From contig OX597815.1 of the NCBI GenBank assembly GCA_951406725.2, forward strand, positions 65,038,001-65,102,000: 64,000 bases of DNA, written 5' to 3'. A program made the translations under genes and the position numbers. Source of the stretch: Octopus vulgaris. Lineage: Eukaryota. The notes under the pieces are model-generated. The model worked only from the letters and a program-made list of their open reading frames with translations, did not search any database and was not told the DNA's origin. Shown in pieces: positions 14,259 to 27,010 of the stretch (the first letter of the stretch is position 1; each line of letters opens with the position of its first letter).

Positions 14259-14407
14259 GAGCTGTATACCAATCATAAGGACAGTTTTTAAAGTGAATCG
14301 CCGGTCACACATATCAAATAAGTCCTCTAAACTTGGCCCGAGTAACTCCAACACAAGGGCATTGTACCTTCCACAAGGGCCAAAATAATACACTTGAGGT
14401 ATGCCTT
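14259..14407 (-). CDS. CSNK1G: Casein kinase I gamma coding exon (149 nt, (E)[49 protein letters not shown])
   Basis: Minus strand reads ttattgtag|AAGGCATA...CAGCTC|gtgagt. Carries the CK1 signature [10 protein letters not shown]. Phase 1 in, phase 0 out. The acceptor is a NAGNAG (TAG AAG). Confidence 0.96.
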
Positions 14408-14475
14408 CTACAATAAGAAAAAAATTAAAAGGATCTCAGTCAAAAAAATATTAAAGACAAGCATGAAAATTTTAA

Positions 14476-14511
<36 letters not shown>

Positions 14512-14814
14512 CATTTTAAGTAAGAAAACATTTTAAGCACAAAGCAAAGAACTAAAAAACATTGTATTTAAGAAATTCAATCTGTATTTCTTCCAAATAG
14601 AAAACCATTTCAGAGAAAATATTGCTTGAAAATGAGCTTTGTTGCCCTGAGATTATTTGTTCTGAATGTCACTAATTAAGAATCACTTCAATATGAAACC
14701 TAGTGTAACAGGTTTTCATAACTTATTCTTATCTCAAACATTTATGTAAAAAGTGGTTTCAACTTGTTCTGCTTTAACTCTTAAAAACCTGAAAGCAAAG
14801 AACTATAAAATAGT

Positions 14815-14950
14815 TTAACCCTTTGGCATTCAGATTACTCTGTCAAAAATAATGCTTATTTACTCATTGTAAGGTACGCGTGAGACCAGAACTGGCTGGT
14901 TTGAAAATAAAACAGGTAAAATATTTGGAACAGATATGGTCAGTTTAAAT
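14815..14950 (+). repeat. Dispersed short repeat family (TTAACCCTTT-start, MITE-like); other copies at ~20830-21045 (-) and ~54395-54575 (+)
   Basis: Shared ttaaccctttRRcattcagaYtactctRtcaaa start and ctggctgg..tga..ataaa motif. Confidence 0.55.
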
Positions 14951-15351
14951 CCTGACACTCAATACAAAACAGTATTACAGTGTGGTGATTATTGATTGCT
15001 TATTCATTTTATATTTGCTTTTCCATGCAAACCTGGGTTAAACAATTATCAAGGCATTGTTATCACAGCCAGTTGCTCTTCTTATCAGTAATTCTTACAC
15101 TTACAAATTTCCAAGTAAGGGAGAGTGACCAAATAAATTGTGGCCAGGGAACTGCCAACAGTGTTACTATCCATGGCTCAGTAATTTTCCAAAGTGCAAA
15201 ATATAAACATTAACTCTCAAAGCATTTGTTGGTTGGTGGCTAAGGTGTCATGCAGTATGGCTGAAAATGAAATTACATGGTTACAAAACAAACTTCTTAA
15301 CCACAATATATATTTTATTGGCTAAACTGGCAAAATGACCATTCCGAAATA

Positions 15352-15386
<35 letters not shown>

Positions 15387-16284
15387 ATTGTGCATCTAAA
15401 CATACATAAATATGAAAAAAATTATAAACATCCTACTACAGTTTACCATTATACCCCACAAGAGTCAACTGAAAATGCTGTAACATACCTAGCTATAAGC
15501 TAACTTTTTTTATGTTGTGTCTGAGGAGTGCCTTAATGCCTTATTATCTAATACACATACCGGTTCGATTTCCACTCATTTATTATATTTTTTCTTCCAA
15601 AATTTTCATTGCCTTTTGTAACCTTGTCAATGAATAATGACTGTCTGTTAGAGTGGCATTCTTTTTTGTCTGTTTGAGCAGATGTGTGTGCATCAGCATG
15701 CATGTGTGCTTGTGTATGCATGTGTGTGTGCACATATATGTATGTAAGCGTATGTGTACATATTTTAGCAATTTATTTTAATGTCTTTTTACTGATATCA
15801 ATTTAAGGGAAACACTGAATTCATTAGAAGCTTAGTTTTGGTTTAAAATATTACTGTTCCATATACAAAAGAAAATTGAAATACACTTCAGGTTGAATGA
15901 TTACTAAAATTCTTAAGTAATTGTTCAATGAAGAATAATTTGAATGCAAAATTAACAGAAAAAAATTGATAAATGCATTCATTCTCATAAAAGCAGTTAG
16001 ATAAAGCATTGTTCAGTTTTTGAAGACAATTAGCAAGACCATTTTGATACATATATTATTATTTTAATTGTAAAGACACAGTATGTGAGCATAGGCAACA
16101 AAATGTGTGCATGTGTGTGAGACAGAGAGAGCAGAGGGAGAGAAAACAGTCAATACTGAGATGAAATTATTAATTTATTCAGAGATGAAAGTAAACTGGT
16201 TCTTTTTAAACTTCTGGCAAAGATGTCTGTTTTACTAACACACATACACACGTGCACATATATATATGTATACAAACATGTAAA

Positions 16285-17691
16285 AAATAACATTTCATTA
16301 GTTGTTCTTTGTACTCTAAAACCACATTGTGTTTCTGGAAAAATGTCATTTGTCACTATGGAAATTAATATGTTCAGCAGAACTCTTGTGCAAGCTTTGT
16401 CCTCTACAGAGAACAGTGAGATGCCACAAAAATTTCCAAACTGAGATTCCTCACCTTTCTTAAGCAGGGATACCAAGATAGCATCTCTCCAGTCTTGGGG
16501 TATTGGTGAGTCACACACAATGTTTTGCTGATCTCACTGAGGCATTTGACACAGTCAACAGATCAATGCTAGGAAATGCGTTAAAGAAGTTTGGTTTTCT
16601 TAACAAGTTTACAATCTTTGCATGACAACATGAAGGCTAAAGTAATCTATCTGAACTTATCCTGTTAAGGGCTGGGCAAAGCAAGGAGACATTCTTGCAC
16701 CAATGTTATTTGCTCTTTACAGCAGTATTTATGGTAACATTCAAATGTAACACTATGGGAATCTATATCTGATTTAGAACAATAAGAAGATTGTTCAACA
16801 TCAGGAATTTACCACAGGTACTAAAGTGTTTGAATCTTTTGTCAAGGAACTTTTATAATGTTGATGATTGTGATTTAATATCCCACACAAGAACTGTAGG
16901 ATTACAGTTTTTAACACATCATGAAAAGCTTTTAGCTTGGAAATGAATTTGAAGAAAACAGGTTGCAGGTTGCACCTGGAAAAGAATATGTGAAACCAAA
17001 GACAGTAGGAGATAAAGTAAAAGAGGTGAAGTCCTTTACTTATCTGGGAAGTGTGTGGTCAGATAATGCAAATATGGTCACAAAATGGAATCAGATTAAG
17101 CACAAAGATATCCATCTACAATACTAGTGTGCTTTCAGCTTTACTGTATGGCTTTGAAATTTGGATGATCTACAAATACCAAGTCATGATGTTGGAACTG
17201 TTTCAAAGCTGTTTGATATACATACTCGATGTGAAGTGGACCATATATACCCTGGATACCAAAGTTCTAGAAAAGGCTCAAATGGCTAATATTGAAGCCA
17301 TCATTATTCTACATGTTTTAAGGTGACATGGACATCTTGTTTGAATGAGCAACACCAGAATTCCAAAGGAACTGTTTTATGGAGAATTGAAACAAAGAAA
17401 AAAGTAAGACTTAAAACTCAAACAGTAGTACAAAAACTTGGAGAAATGTGGTATTTCTTTTGAGAACTGGGAAGAACAAGCTGCTGATAGAACAAAGTGA
17501 AGGAAATCTTTGATAGTGCGTAGGAGTGGCTGTGTGGTAAGTAGCTTGCTTACGAACTACATGGTTCTGGGTTCAGTCCCACTGCGTGGCAGCTTGGGCA
17601 AGTGTCTTCTACTATAGCCTCGGGCCGACCAAAGCCTTGTGAGGGGATTTGGTAGATGGAAACTGAAAGAAGCCTGTAGTGTGTGTATATA

Positions 17692-17727
<36 letters not shown>

Positions 17728-18190
17728 TGTATGTATATATGTTTGTGTGTCTGTGTTTGTCCCCCCAACATCGCTTGACAACCGATGCTGGTGTGTTTAT
17801 GTCCCCGTAACTAAGAAGTTCGGCAAAAGAGACCGATAGAATAAGTACTAGGCTTACAAAGAATAAGTCCTGGGATCGATTTGCTTGAAAGGCAGTGCTC
17901 CAGCATGGCCATAGTCAAATGACTGAAACAAGTAAAAGAATAAAAGAGTGCATTATTTGAGAGGATAAGAATTCAGGAGCAATTAGGAAGAGGAAGCAAG
18001 TAGCAATATCAGAAGCTGTGGACAAAAGTAGTCAATATGTAGATGAATCTATCTTTTGAAAGGACATGATGATATTAAGTAGGTGTAGTAATCCAAGCAA
18101 CTTTTTTTGAAGTGCAACATGTGTGGCAAAGTGAAGTCCAAAGCTGGCACAAAGAGTCACTTACAAAGTCATACAAGGTAAGAAGCTCAA
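16285..18190. mobile_element. Old RTE-clade LINE with an inverted 5' segment (16285-16518 on -, 16520-18190 on +)
   Basis: Minus: PQDWRDA..GISL..PETQCGFR..TTNEMLF. Plus: FADLTEAFDTVNR..TKISIYNTSVLSALLYGFE..RIPKELFYGEL and a terminal C2H2 finger CNMCGK..KSHLQSH. Confidence 0.8.
17515..17950 (+). mobile_element. Young tRNA-derived SINE inserted in the RTE relic
   Basis: A box tggctgtgtgg, B box gggttcagtccc, core ccttgggcaagt-like, internal (GTAT)n, tail tgactgaaacaagtaaaag. Confidence 0.88.
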
Positions 18191-21100
18191 GAAGAAATTC
18201 CAAGATGTCATACTCAAGGACTAGTTAACTAATATACATACATGCTTTCTTTCTTTCTCCTCTTGCACACACACACTGAGGTGAAAGCATGCTATGTAGT
18301 TAAGAAGCTCACTTTGGTTCAACAGCTCATGTAGGTTTAAAATTTGGTGTTTCCCATCTCTGACTAAAACTAGGAGTCTTAGAATATACTCCTTTACTAT
18401 CTCAAGTACTTCTGTGCCCCTGCACTTTTATACTACATAGTAACTGACCCTATGCTAGTTATCTCTGCTCTTTGAAATGTTCACATTTCTTTTGCAAGCT
18501 TTCTAGCAAACACTCATCTCAAAGTATTCCCAGTGACTGAGCTGGTTTAACTGATGACTCAGCTATGAGAGCCAATTATACTGGATTATATTAACAATAG
18601 CACAAATTTATGACCTGACTTACAATATATCATACATACACAAAGCACTGAATAAGCACATTCATCACAATATCAAATAAAATGTCCTGCATTCAAATCT
18701 CACCATAGCAAAGTAGGCTATGAAGAGATTTGACTTAGTACCTTGAATGTCATTAGTGGAGTCCACTTTGTTGCAACATTCAGACTAGATCTCCAATTTG
18801 AAGATAACTTCCTCTCCTTCTCACTAGTCTCAGAGATCCTGTAAAGGATCATGGGCACTGCCCTTCCCTCCCCAAAAAAAAGAGGTAAAGAAAAGAATAC
18901 TCAAACCCCAGCTTATATTAACTTAGAGTTATCTCTACAGCTCAATGGTATTTCATTTTAAATGAACATGATGTCTGCATAACCAAAGTCAACCTGGTTT
19001 TGTAATAGTAAATACATAGACCTTTGTGAGTGCATATGTTATACACATATGCATATGCACAAGTGAAGGGAGGAGGTAGGGGTAATAGAGTACAGGTCAA
19101 TAATTTCCAATCTATATTCACTACAAGTTGTCAAACTATAACTCATTTAATGACTTCATTGATCCATTAATTATGTCAGTGATCATTTGAAATATTTCAT
19201 TAAATACACAGGAAGCTTTCAACACAGGAGAAAGCTATTTCAACAATGTGATAAACCCTCAATATAATTTTGACTAGTTCAAGCTAACAAATCTAAGTTC
19301 CTAACCTTTCACACATTTTTATTCTCTCTCTCTCTCTCTCCAGAAACTGTTAGCAAAGACCTATGAAAGACCTCCACCCAAAACAGTAGTCTTTACTCTC
19401 CTTCATGTCATACAAGCATAAACTTCCGGCACTGTTTCCCATTATTTCATACCATCACAATAATTTTGGTGACTAAACTTATGAATTATCTTAGCTTAAT
19501 GAAGTCTAAAATTGATTGTCATCTTGAGGATGTTACTGGTATAGGGCTGCATAATACATAAATTGTTTTCATCATTATTGCAAAATGCTTCATGCTGTTA
19601 AATATACTTTAATAGCTTTATATCCATTTCTCTATGGCAGCCTACTTAAGCTGCTAGATCATAAAATTCACATATCTGCATTTATCAATTGTTGAATTAA
19701 TTATTGACATTATCAAATAGCTACCCTCAAGATGGAACAAACTAACTAGAATATCAAATATAGTTTGCTTCAACCTTATTTAATACAATTCTGCAGACTT
19801 CATAGTACAAAGTATACCAGATAAAATAGCATATTCATTTTTTTTTTTTTTCTTTTTTCCAAATTCCATTTTTCTTTTCTACTTTTCTCCATTTTCAAAG
19901 GCAGAGATACCAGCAATTATTTATAATTTAGACAGTTTGATATGGATATTGGCTTTGCATTTGTATGGGTCATATGAAGGATGGATTATGTAGTTATATC
20001 ATTATATGTAGATTATTAAGCCATGTAGTTGCATAAAGCATGTAGATGGAAGCTGATTTCAGTTATGCGACTGTCTTTACTGTGTAGTGGTGGTGGTGGT
20101 GGTGGTATGTTAGCTGGCATTTTAAGGGGTAAATGATTCTACAGTAGCTGAATGCTATTTTTAGCATTAATTATCATGTAAAGCAGGAGTGGCAGCTATT
20201 TTCAGACAGACAATCCAGGACAATCTGAGCAGCATTGTGGTTTAAGAGGATTTGGAACTCTTGACTTTACAGTTACAAGTCAAATAATTTAATCCAACAG
20301 CTACTCTAAAATTGATTTCCATTTTTTAAAAATACAGGAATATCCTAAATTACTGCAGGTAATGCTTGCTGCAAGAACACTGCATTCAAATATATAAATA
20401 ATACATGTAAAATCACTGACTGGTGTCTATACTTTGAAAAATAGTAGATTTTGAAGTTTCTGAAATATCTTTACAGATGGAAACTGATATAAAGAAAGGA
20501 ATTGAATGAATTAGATACATTTTTCTATTTTATGATTTGACTTGTATCAGCATAGACAAAAAGTTGTTTTTAAATAATGTAAAAAGGATTTTTGATTCAA
20601 TTTTACTTCTTTTTTCTCATTGTGCATTATTACTTCTTAACATTTGAGTGCATTTTAAACTTCTGACTTCTATCATACACTACTTCTGGATCAGCAGCTG
20701 CTATCATCTGCTTTCAATCTTCAAAAATTCTAAAAATAGCATCAAATTCTTTAATTGGGAATTCTTTCATGCTCCATCTAGGTTATCTTCATCATATGTT
20801 GCTGTTACTACTGCTTTTCAGTTATAACCATTTAACATTTAAGCTGGCCATATCCAGCCTAAATACTCTACATGCATTATGCTGAAACTGGCCAGATCCA
20901 ACCTCTCACACCTACCCAGCAATGTTATTCTAAAAAGAAATAATCACATCATCAAAATCTTGAAGTTACAAGATAATGCATGATCAATTTCAAAACAATG
21001 TGAATGAATAATCATTTGATAGAGTAATCTGAATGCTAAAGAATTAGAAGGTCCTGATCATTAAGGTCAACATCATGCAAATCAAACAATTCTCTAAACA

Positions 21101-23264
21101 ATTATCTGATGTTAAAGTTGTCTGCTTTAGATATTTCTGTTATCCAAGTCAAATAATTTCTGCTACAGCCCCTGTAATTTCCACCTCAGATTTACCAAAA
21201 ATATTTGTACAGTAAGAACTTACATTCTGCCAAACAGTTCTCATATTGCTAGCTGTTACTTCATACTATGCATTATCCACATTCTCCAATACAGTTTTTC
21301 TGTTATGCTTCTTCCAGAAGTCCATGAGATTAATTGCATTTTCTCCAATAGTTGGCTTAATCACCTGGACAAATATTTTGCCAAAGTAGGAAGCTTTGCA
21401 TATGGCAATCACCCTCTGGTACACTGGGCACAACAGTAATGTTATTTTCAGTAGCAAAAATATAACCATAACACATTGTTAACATAAGTAACCAAATGCA
21501 GTTGGGTAACCAGTAGCACTGACAAATATTAATAAAAATTTTTTTATTGATGTACAGTATCTTTCAACCTCAAGAAAAATAATTCTTAAACTAATCTTCA
21601 ACTAAAGATTTTGTGAGCCAAGCTTTTCTATTGGATATTCAATAAGTTGTAGAAAATGCTAGCAGAACAATTTAATAGCACTTGGGTTTTTTAATCAATA
21701 AGAATGTAAAATATGGGATTTAGATTTAAATAAAAGATGATCATCAGTCAGTAATTGTATTTTCATGCAAAATAAGGTTTATTATGAATTTGTTTCCAAA
21801 ATAATCCCATTTGTGGTGGTGGTGATGGTGGCAGCAGTAAAGTTTCCTCATTACTGAGGGTCAGAAACCATGGATGCATGCACCATTTCCCTCTATCAAT
21901 TCCTGCCACTGGCCATGGTTGTGCATTCAATCAGAGGCTTTCCAGCCAGTATCTTCTCAATCTCCTCCTTCCTGTTTTCTACTGACTCTTCCCACTAAGA
22001 TGTGAGTGCTGAGATTTTGGACCCTGATAACATACCCAAAACACTTCCAGACATTTGCCAAAAATTTCTTTTCTATTCCCATTTTTCCTGTACTGTCTCA
22101 GATTTTGATGGATAGTCCAGCTGACTCCTCTCTCCTCTTTGGTAATACATTGTTTCAAGCCACATTATATCAACATAAATACTATTTTTATTTCATTTTA
22201 TTTATTTATTATTTTTTTCCCCCAATTTGAGTAATTCACTGTCACCCACAAATGCACATTTCCCAGCAACTTTAACATCATGAATTGTTTTCTAAACCTG
22301 TTGAACCATCCTACTGGTTCCAGAAAATGTGTCATTAGTTTTTCCCTTCAGTTTCATTTTCTTCTGTTTTCTCAAGATTGTTGCAAACAGACTAAAAGTC
22401 TCATTTTGAAGTTGTCAGTCAACCTCAGCTACATTTGAAATAAGAATGTTAAACACTGCAACAATTGTCAAAAATGATAAAAGAAACTCTAAGAATACAA
22501 TGTTTTCCTGCATGTCCTTGTTAATGATGTCAATGCAATTTGACAGGGTGTCCTTTATCTGTCTGTACAAGTACATCTAGGAACATTGAAGCTCATATTT
22601 GTGTTCTGCTGATAAATTCACCATTATTTTCTTAGGAGGTGTGTTTCTTAAGTCATGATTATCTAATATATTATTAAGACTGTGGCCTATTTTAATTTTC
22701 ACCATTGGGAGGTAAATTTTCAATCCAAGGAAGTGTAACAGGAAGCTAATTCTTAAGCACAAGGAAATATAACAGGAAGAAAATTCTTTAGTTCAAGGAA
22801 ATCAAAGAAGAAGATAATTATTTTAAGATACATTTTGTTTTACTGAACAATACCACAAAAACTTAAATGAAAATATGGAAGGATTTTGTTTTTCCTTTTG
22901 CTTTTTTCTGCTTATGCATTTATTCCCCTACTTATAGTCTGAAATTCCAAGCAAAATGAAGAAAAAATTACAATTTTATAACTATAATACTATTCATTTC
23001 AGAGATTTAAAATTGAAGAGACATTCAGATTTTTTATGTCTTGATGCTTTTCCTGTTATCAAGGTAATATTTTCCGATGGTTGGGAACAAGCATCACCAT
23101 CATACAAGCAACTTTGTATATTTCCCATCTTCTGTGAAAATCATGTCTGGTCATGGGAAAATATTACCTGTGGCATCCAGCCACAAAAAATCTGACTCAA
23201 CAAATTTCACCTGACCCATGCAAGCATGGAAAAGTGGCTGCTAATATAATAAAGATGATTGATA

Positions 23265-26200
23265 CATACAACTGTCTCCCCTGTATCTGACAAGGTTACA
23301 GGTATCTAGGGGTGGATGAAAATATATCTTACAGTGCCACATATAACAATACACGTATCACTAAAGAATATTACAGCCGAATAAAGAAAATTTGAACCTC
23401 AGAACTTTCTGCATTCAATAAAACAGTGGCCCACAATGTGTTTGCAGTGCCAGTACTTAAACCAACATTTGGGCTGCTTGATTGGACACTTAATGAGATC
23501 CGTGCCACTGATGTGAAACCCAAAAAATACTAACAAGCACACATATTTTCCACATAAACAATGATGTAGACTGCCTCTACCTAAAATGTAAACAAGGCGG
23601 CAGAGGCTTAACACTGATCCACAATGCATTTAAATGTCGCATCATATCCCTTCAGTAACATCTTTTAACTACCAAGCTTCAAAGTGCATTCCCTGACCAA
23701 GTTTGCATACATGAAGCTGATAGCATCATAATACTTGGAAGGCAGCTCCTTGAGCAACACTCTTTGTCTGATAACCTAGAATACATGCCCAAAGAAGTCA
23801 CACAACTCTACTACAACATATTAGATGAAAGGATGAGCCTATGTAAGAAGAAGACTATGCATAAATATGTTAGTAGAAAGCTCCATTATGATAGTAACAT
23901 CGATCATCAAAGCATTTTATCATGGACAAATAGCTGGATTATTACCTCCCACTTTGAAGGGTATGTGTTTGCAATACAGGAACAGGAAATATCAACCAAG
24001 TACCTGATGCACAAAAGGAATAGAGATGAGAGAAAAGCCGTAAAACGTGACAACTGATGCAGACTTTGTGGAGTTCACACTGAAGATATCACCCACATCA
24101 TAAGCAGTTGTCTGAGAATGTCATCACAGTATTGTCTACCAATGAGACATGATGTTGTAGCTAGGACACTCCATAACGAAATCCATCGGAAGGATAACCC
24201 CAAGGACAAAGAAATAAATAACCACAATATAGTAGAAGCCATTGCCACTGATAATGAAAAGGAATACTGATGGAATGTACCAGTGAAGACCTCAATAAAA
24301 TATAAGCACACCAGACCTGATGTGATTTGGGATAGAGAAGAGAAACAGTGCACAGTTGCAGAAATTAGCTGTCCAGTGGATGTTAACATAAAGCTGAAGA
24401 TCAGTGAAAAAGAGAATACCTATGCTGTACTATTGAGAAATTTGCAGTTACTACAACTACTACTACTACGTCGTCGTCGTCGTTTAACGTCCGTTTTCCG
24501 TGCTAGCACGGGTTGGATGGTTCAACCGGGGTCTGGGAAGCCAGGAGGCTGCACCAGGCTCCAGTCTGATCTGGCAGTGTTTCTACAGCTGGATGCCCTT
24601 CCTAACACCAACCACTCCGTGAGTGTAGTGGGTGCTTTTTACGTGCCACTGGCACAGGTGCCAAGGGAGTCTGGCAGCGGCCATGATCGGTTGGTGCTTT
24701 TTACGTGCCACCGGCACAGGAATCACAACTACTATTTCCATTGATATTTATTTCGATGTTCATGTACTTGACTCAATAGGTCTCCTCAAGCACAGCAGGT
24801 TGTTCTGAAATCCAAGGTACTTTGAATGGGCTGGGGCTATGCGGAAGTGGTGCAGGAAGCAGCCTGGGTCTTTGCAGTCACAGCATATCTCCAGAGATCT
24901 CGGTCCTTCGTCATTGCCTCTGTGAGGCCCAATGCTCGGAGGTCATGCCTGACTACCTCACCCCATGTCTTCCTAAGTCTACCTCTTCCCCTGATACCTC
25001 CAACTGTTTGGGAGCGGCACTTCTTCACACATCTCTCCTCATCCATCCGCAGTACATGACCATAACATCGCAAGCATTGCTCTTGCACACCACATCTGAT
25101 GCTTCTTATGTCCAGCATTTCTCTCAGGGTGCTTACACTCTGTCGTGCGTGCACACTGACATTACACATCCAGCGGATCATGTTAGCTTCATTTCTTTCA
25201 AGTCTACGCATGTCCTCTGCAGTCACAGACCATGTTTCACTACCGTGAAGCATGGCGGTTCGCACACATGCATCATACAATCTACCTTTCACTCTGAGCG
25301 AGAGACCCTTTGTCGCCAGTAGGGGTAGGAGCTTCCTAAACTTTGCCCAGGCTATTCGTATTCTAGTGGTGACACTCTCTGAGCATCCACCTCCACTACT
25401 AACTTGGTCACCTAGGTAGCGGAAACTATCAACTACTTCTAGTTTCTCCCACTGGAGTGTGATGGAATCTGTTTTCTGAGTATCTGTGGTGTCTATTGTC
25501 CCTATGCATCTGCCGCACATGAAAGTTATCTTATCAGTTAATTTCCCTTTGATGTTGCTGCACCTCTTATGCATCCATAGCTTACACTGGGTACATCTTA
25601 TGGAGTTTCTACCTACATCTTTCCTACAGATCGAGCAGGGCCACCTGCCCGAGGGGGTGTGTGATGAATTCGCCTTTCTACTTACTATAACTTTGGTCTT
25701 TGCTACATTTACTCTAAGGCCATTTGATTCTAAACCTTGCTTCCACACCCGAAATTTCTTTTCTAGTTCCGGTAGTAATTCTGCTATGAGAGCCAGGTCA
25801 CCAGCATAGAGGAGCTCCCAGGGGCAACTTGTTTTGAATTCCTCTGTTATTGCCTGGAGGACTATGATGAATAAAAGGGGACTGAGGGCTGAACCTTGGT
25901 GTACACCTACTTCTACCCGGAATTCTTCACTATACTCATTGCCAATCCTAACCTTGCTGACAGCCTCTCTGTATAAGGCATGTACAGCCCTTATTAGCCA
26001 TTCGTCAATTTCCAGTTTCCGCATCGACCACCAGATAAGAGATCGGGGGACCCTGTCAAAGGCTTTCTCCAAGTCCACAAAAGCTATGTAGAGGGGTTTA
26101 TCTTTAGCTAGGTATTTCTTCTGCAGTTGTCGAACCAGGAATATAGCATCAGTGGTGCTTCTACCCGGCACAAAACCGAACTGCATCTCATCTAAGCAAA

Positions 26201-27010
26201 TTCTCTCCCTAATGAGTTGGGTTATGACCCTCTCTGTGACCTTCATCACCTGATCCAACAGTTTAATACCCCTGTAGTTATTTCTAGCTAGAGCATCACC
26301 TTAACCCTTGTAACAGTTGACTATGGTGCTGCTACGCCAGTCATTGGGTATGATTCCATTATGAACTACCTGGTTTACAATGCGGATGACTAGGCCATAG
26401 CCCACACAATCAGCTGTTTTAAGCATATCAGCAGTGATTCCTGATGGGCCGGGGGGGGGGGGGGCTTTTCCTGGTTTCATACCCTTAATTGCCTTAACTA
26501 CTAGGGAGCTGTCTATTCAGATAGCTGGTCCCTCTACTGGGTCAACATTTTGTAGGCTCTCCTCCTCCCATTCATTTTCCACATTCAGCAGTCTTTCATA
26601 ATGGCTTCTAAAAGTCTCTAGGTTTATACCTGTAATTATTGGGGCCCTGGGATATGCAACACATTGCCTAAATACCAATCTTGAGATATTAGGCTTCCCA
26701 AAACCAGAAAGGAGAAAGCTAATTTGAAGGATACAGATCCAATCTATCACTAGAAGTGTAAAAATCTGTAAAACTTTCCAGAAGTTTATCATTTAAATAT
26801 ATACAAGTATGTCTAGTTATGTAACTCTATGCATGAGAATACATATATAAAACATACAAATCTGCACATACATGCATACATACATACAAACATAAATACC
26901 CTGTTGTTGATGTTGAAATTCCAATGAAGGAACAGTGGATCTAGGTTAGAAACCGATTCTTTCTCTAATGGCAAGAAATCTTGAAATAAACTGAATAATG
27001 ACATACATAT
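23265..27010 (+). mobile_element. 5'-truncated R4/Dong-like non-LTR retrotransposon with restriction-like endonuclease, interrupted by RTE copy 2
   Basis: YRYLG..KEYYSRIKKI..SELSAFNK..FAVPVL; CCHC knuckle CRLCG..EDITHIISSC (24058-24111); RHD; RPD..EISCP..EKENTY. Resumes at ~26620 with FIPVIIGALG..KICKTF. Flanked by ACAT repeats. Confidence 0.85.
24450..26617 (-). mobile_element. RTE-clade LINE copy 2, 5'-truncated and young
   Basis: 473-aa RT ORF at 24837-26258 (QFGFVPGRST, FVDLEKAFD, GVHQGSALSPLLF; YADD mutated to YAGD). Nearly the same peptide as copy 1. 3' UTR and repeat tail present. Confidence 0.95.

Noticed and set aside
17515-17590. tRNA gene
   Set aside because: A/B boxes are present but continue into SINE core and tail in many dispersed copies. 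No complete cloverleaf is evident.
21215-21270. Strong GTAAGT donor with upstream ATG as an alternative CK1 exon
   Set aside because: The short frame (MRTVWQN) ends in phase 0, incompatible with the phase-1 downstream exon, and there is no convincing acceptor.
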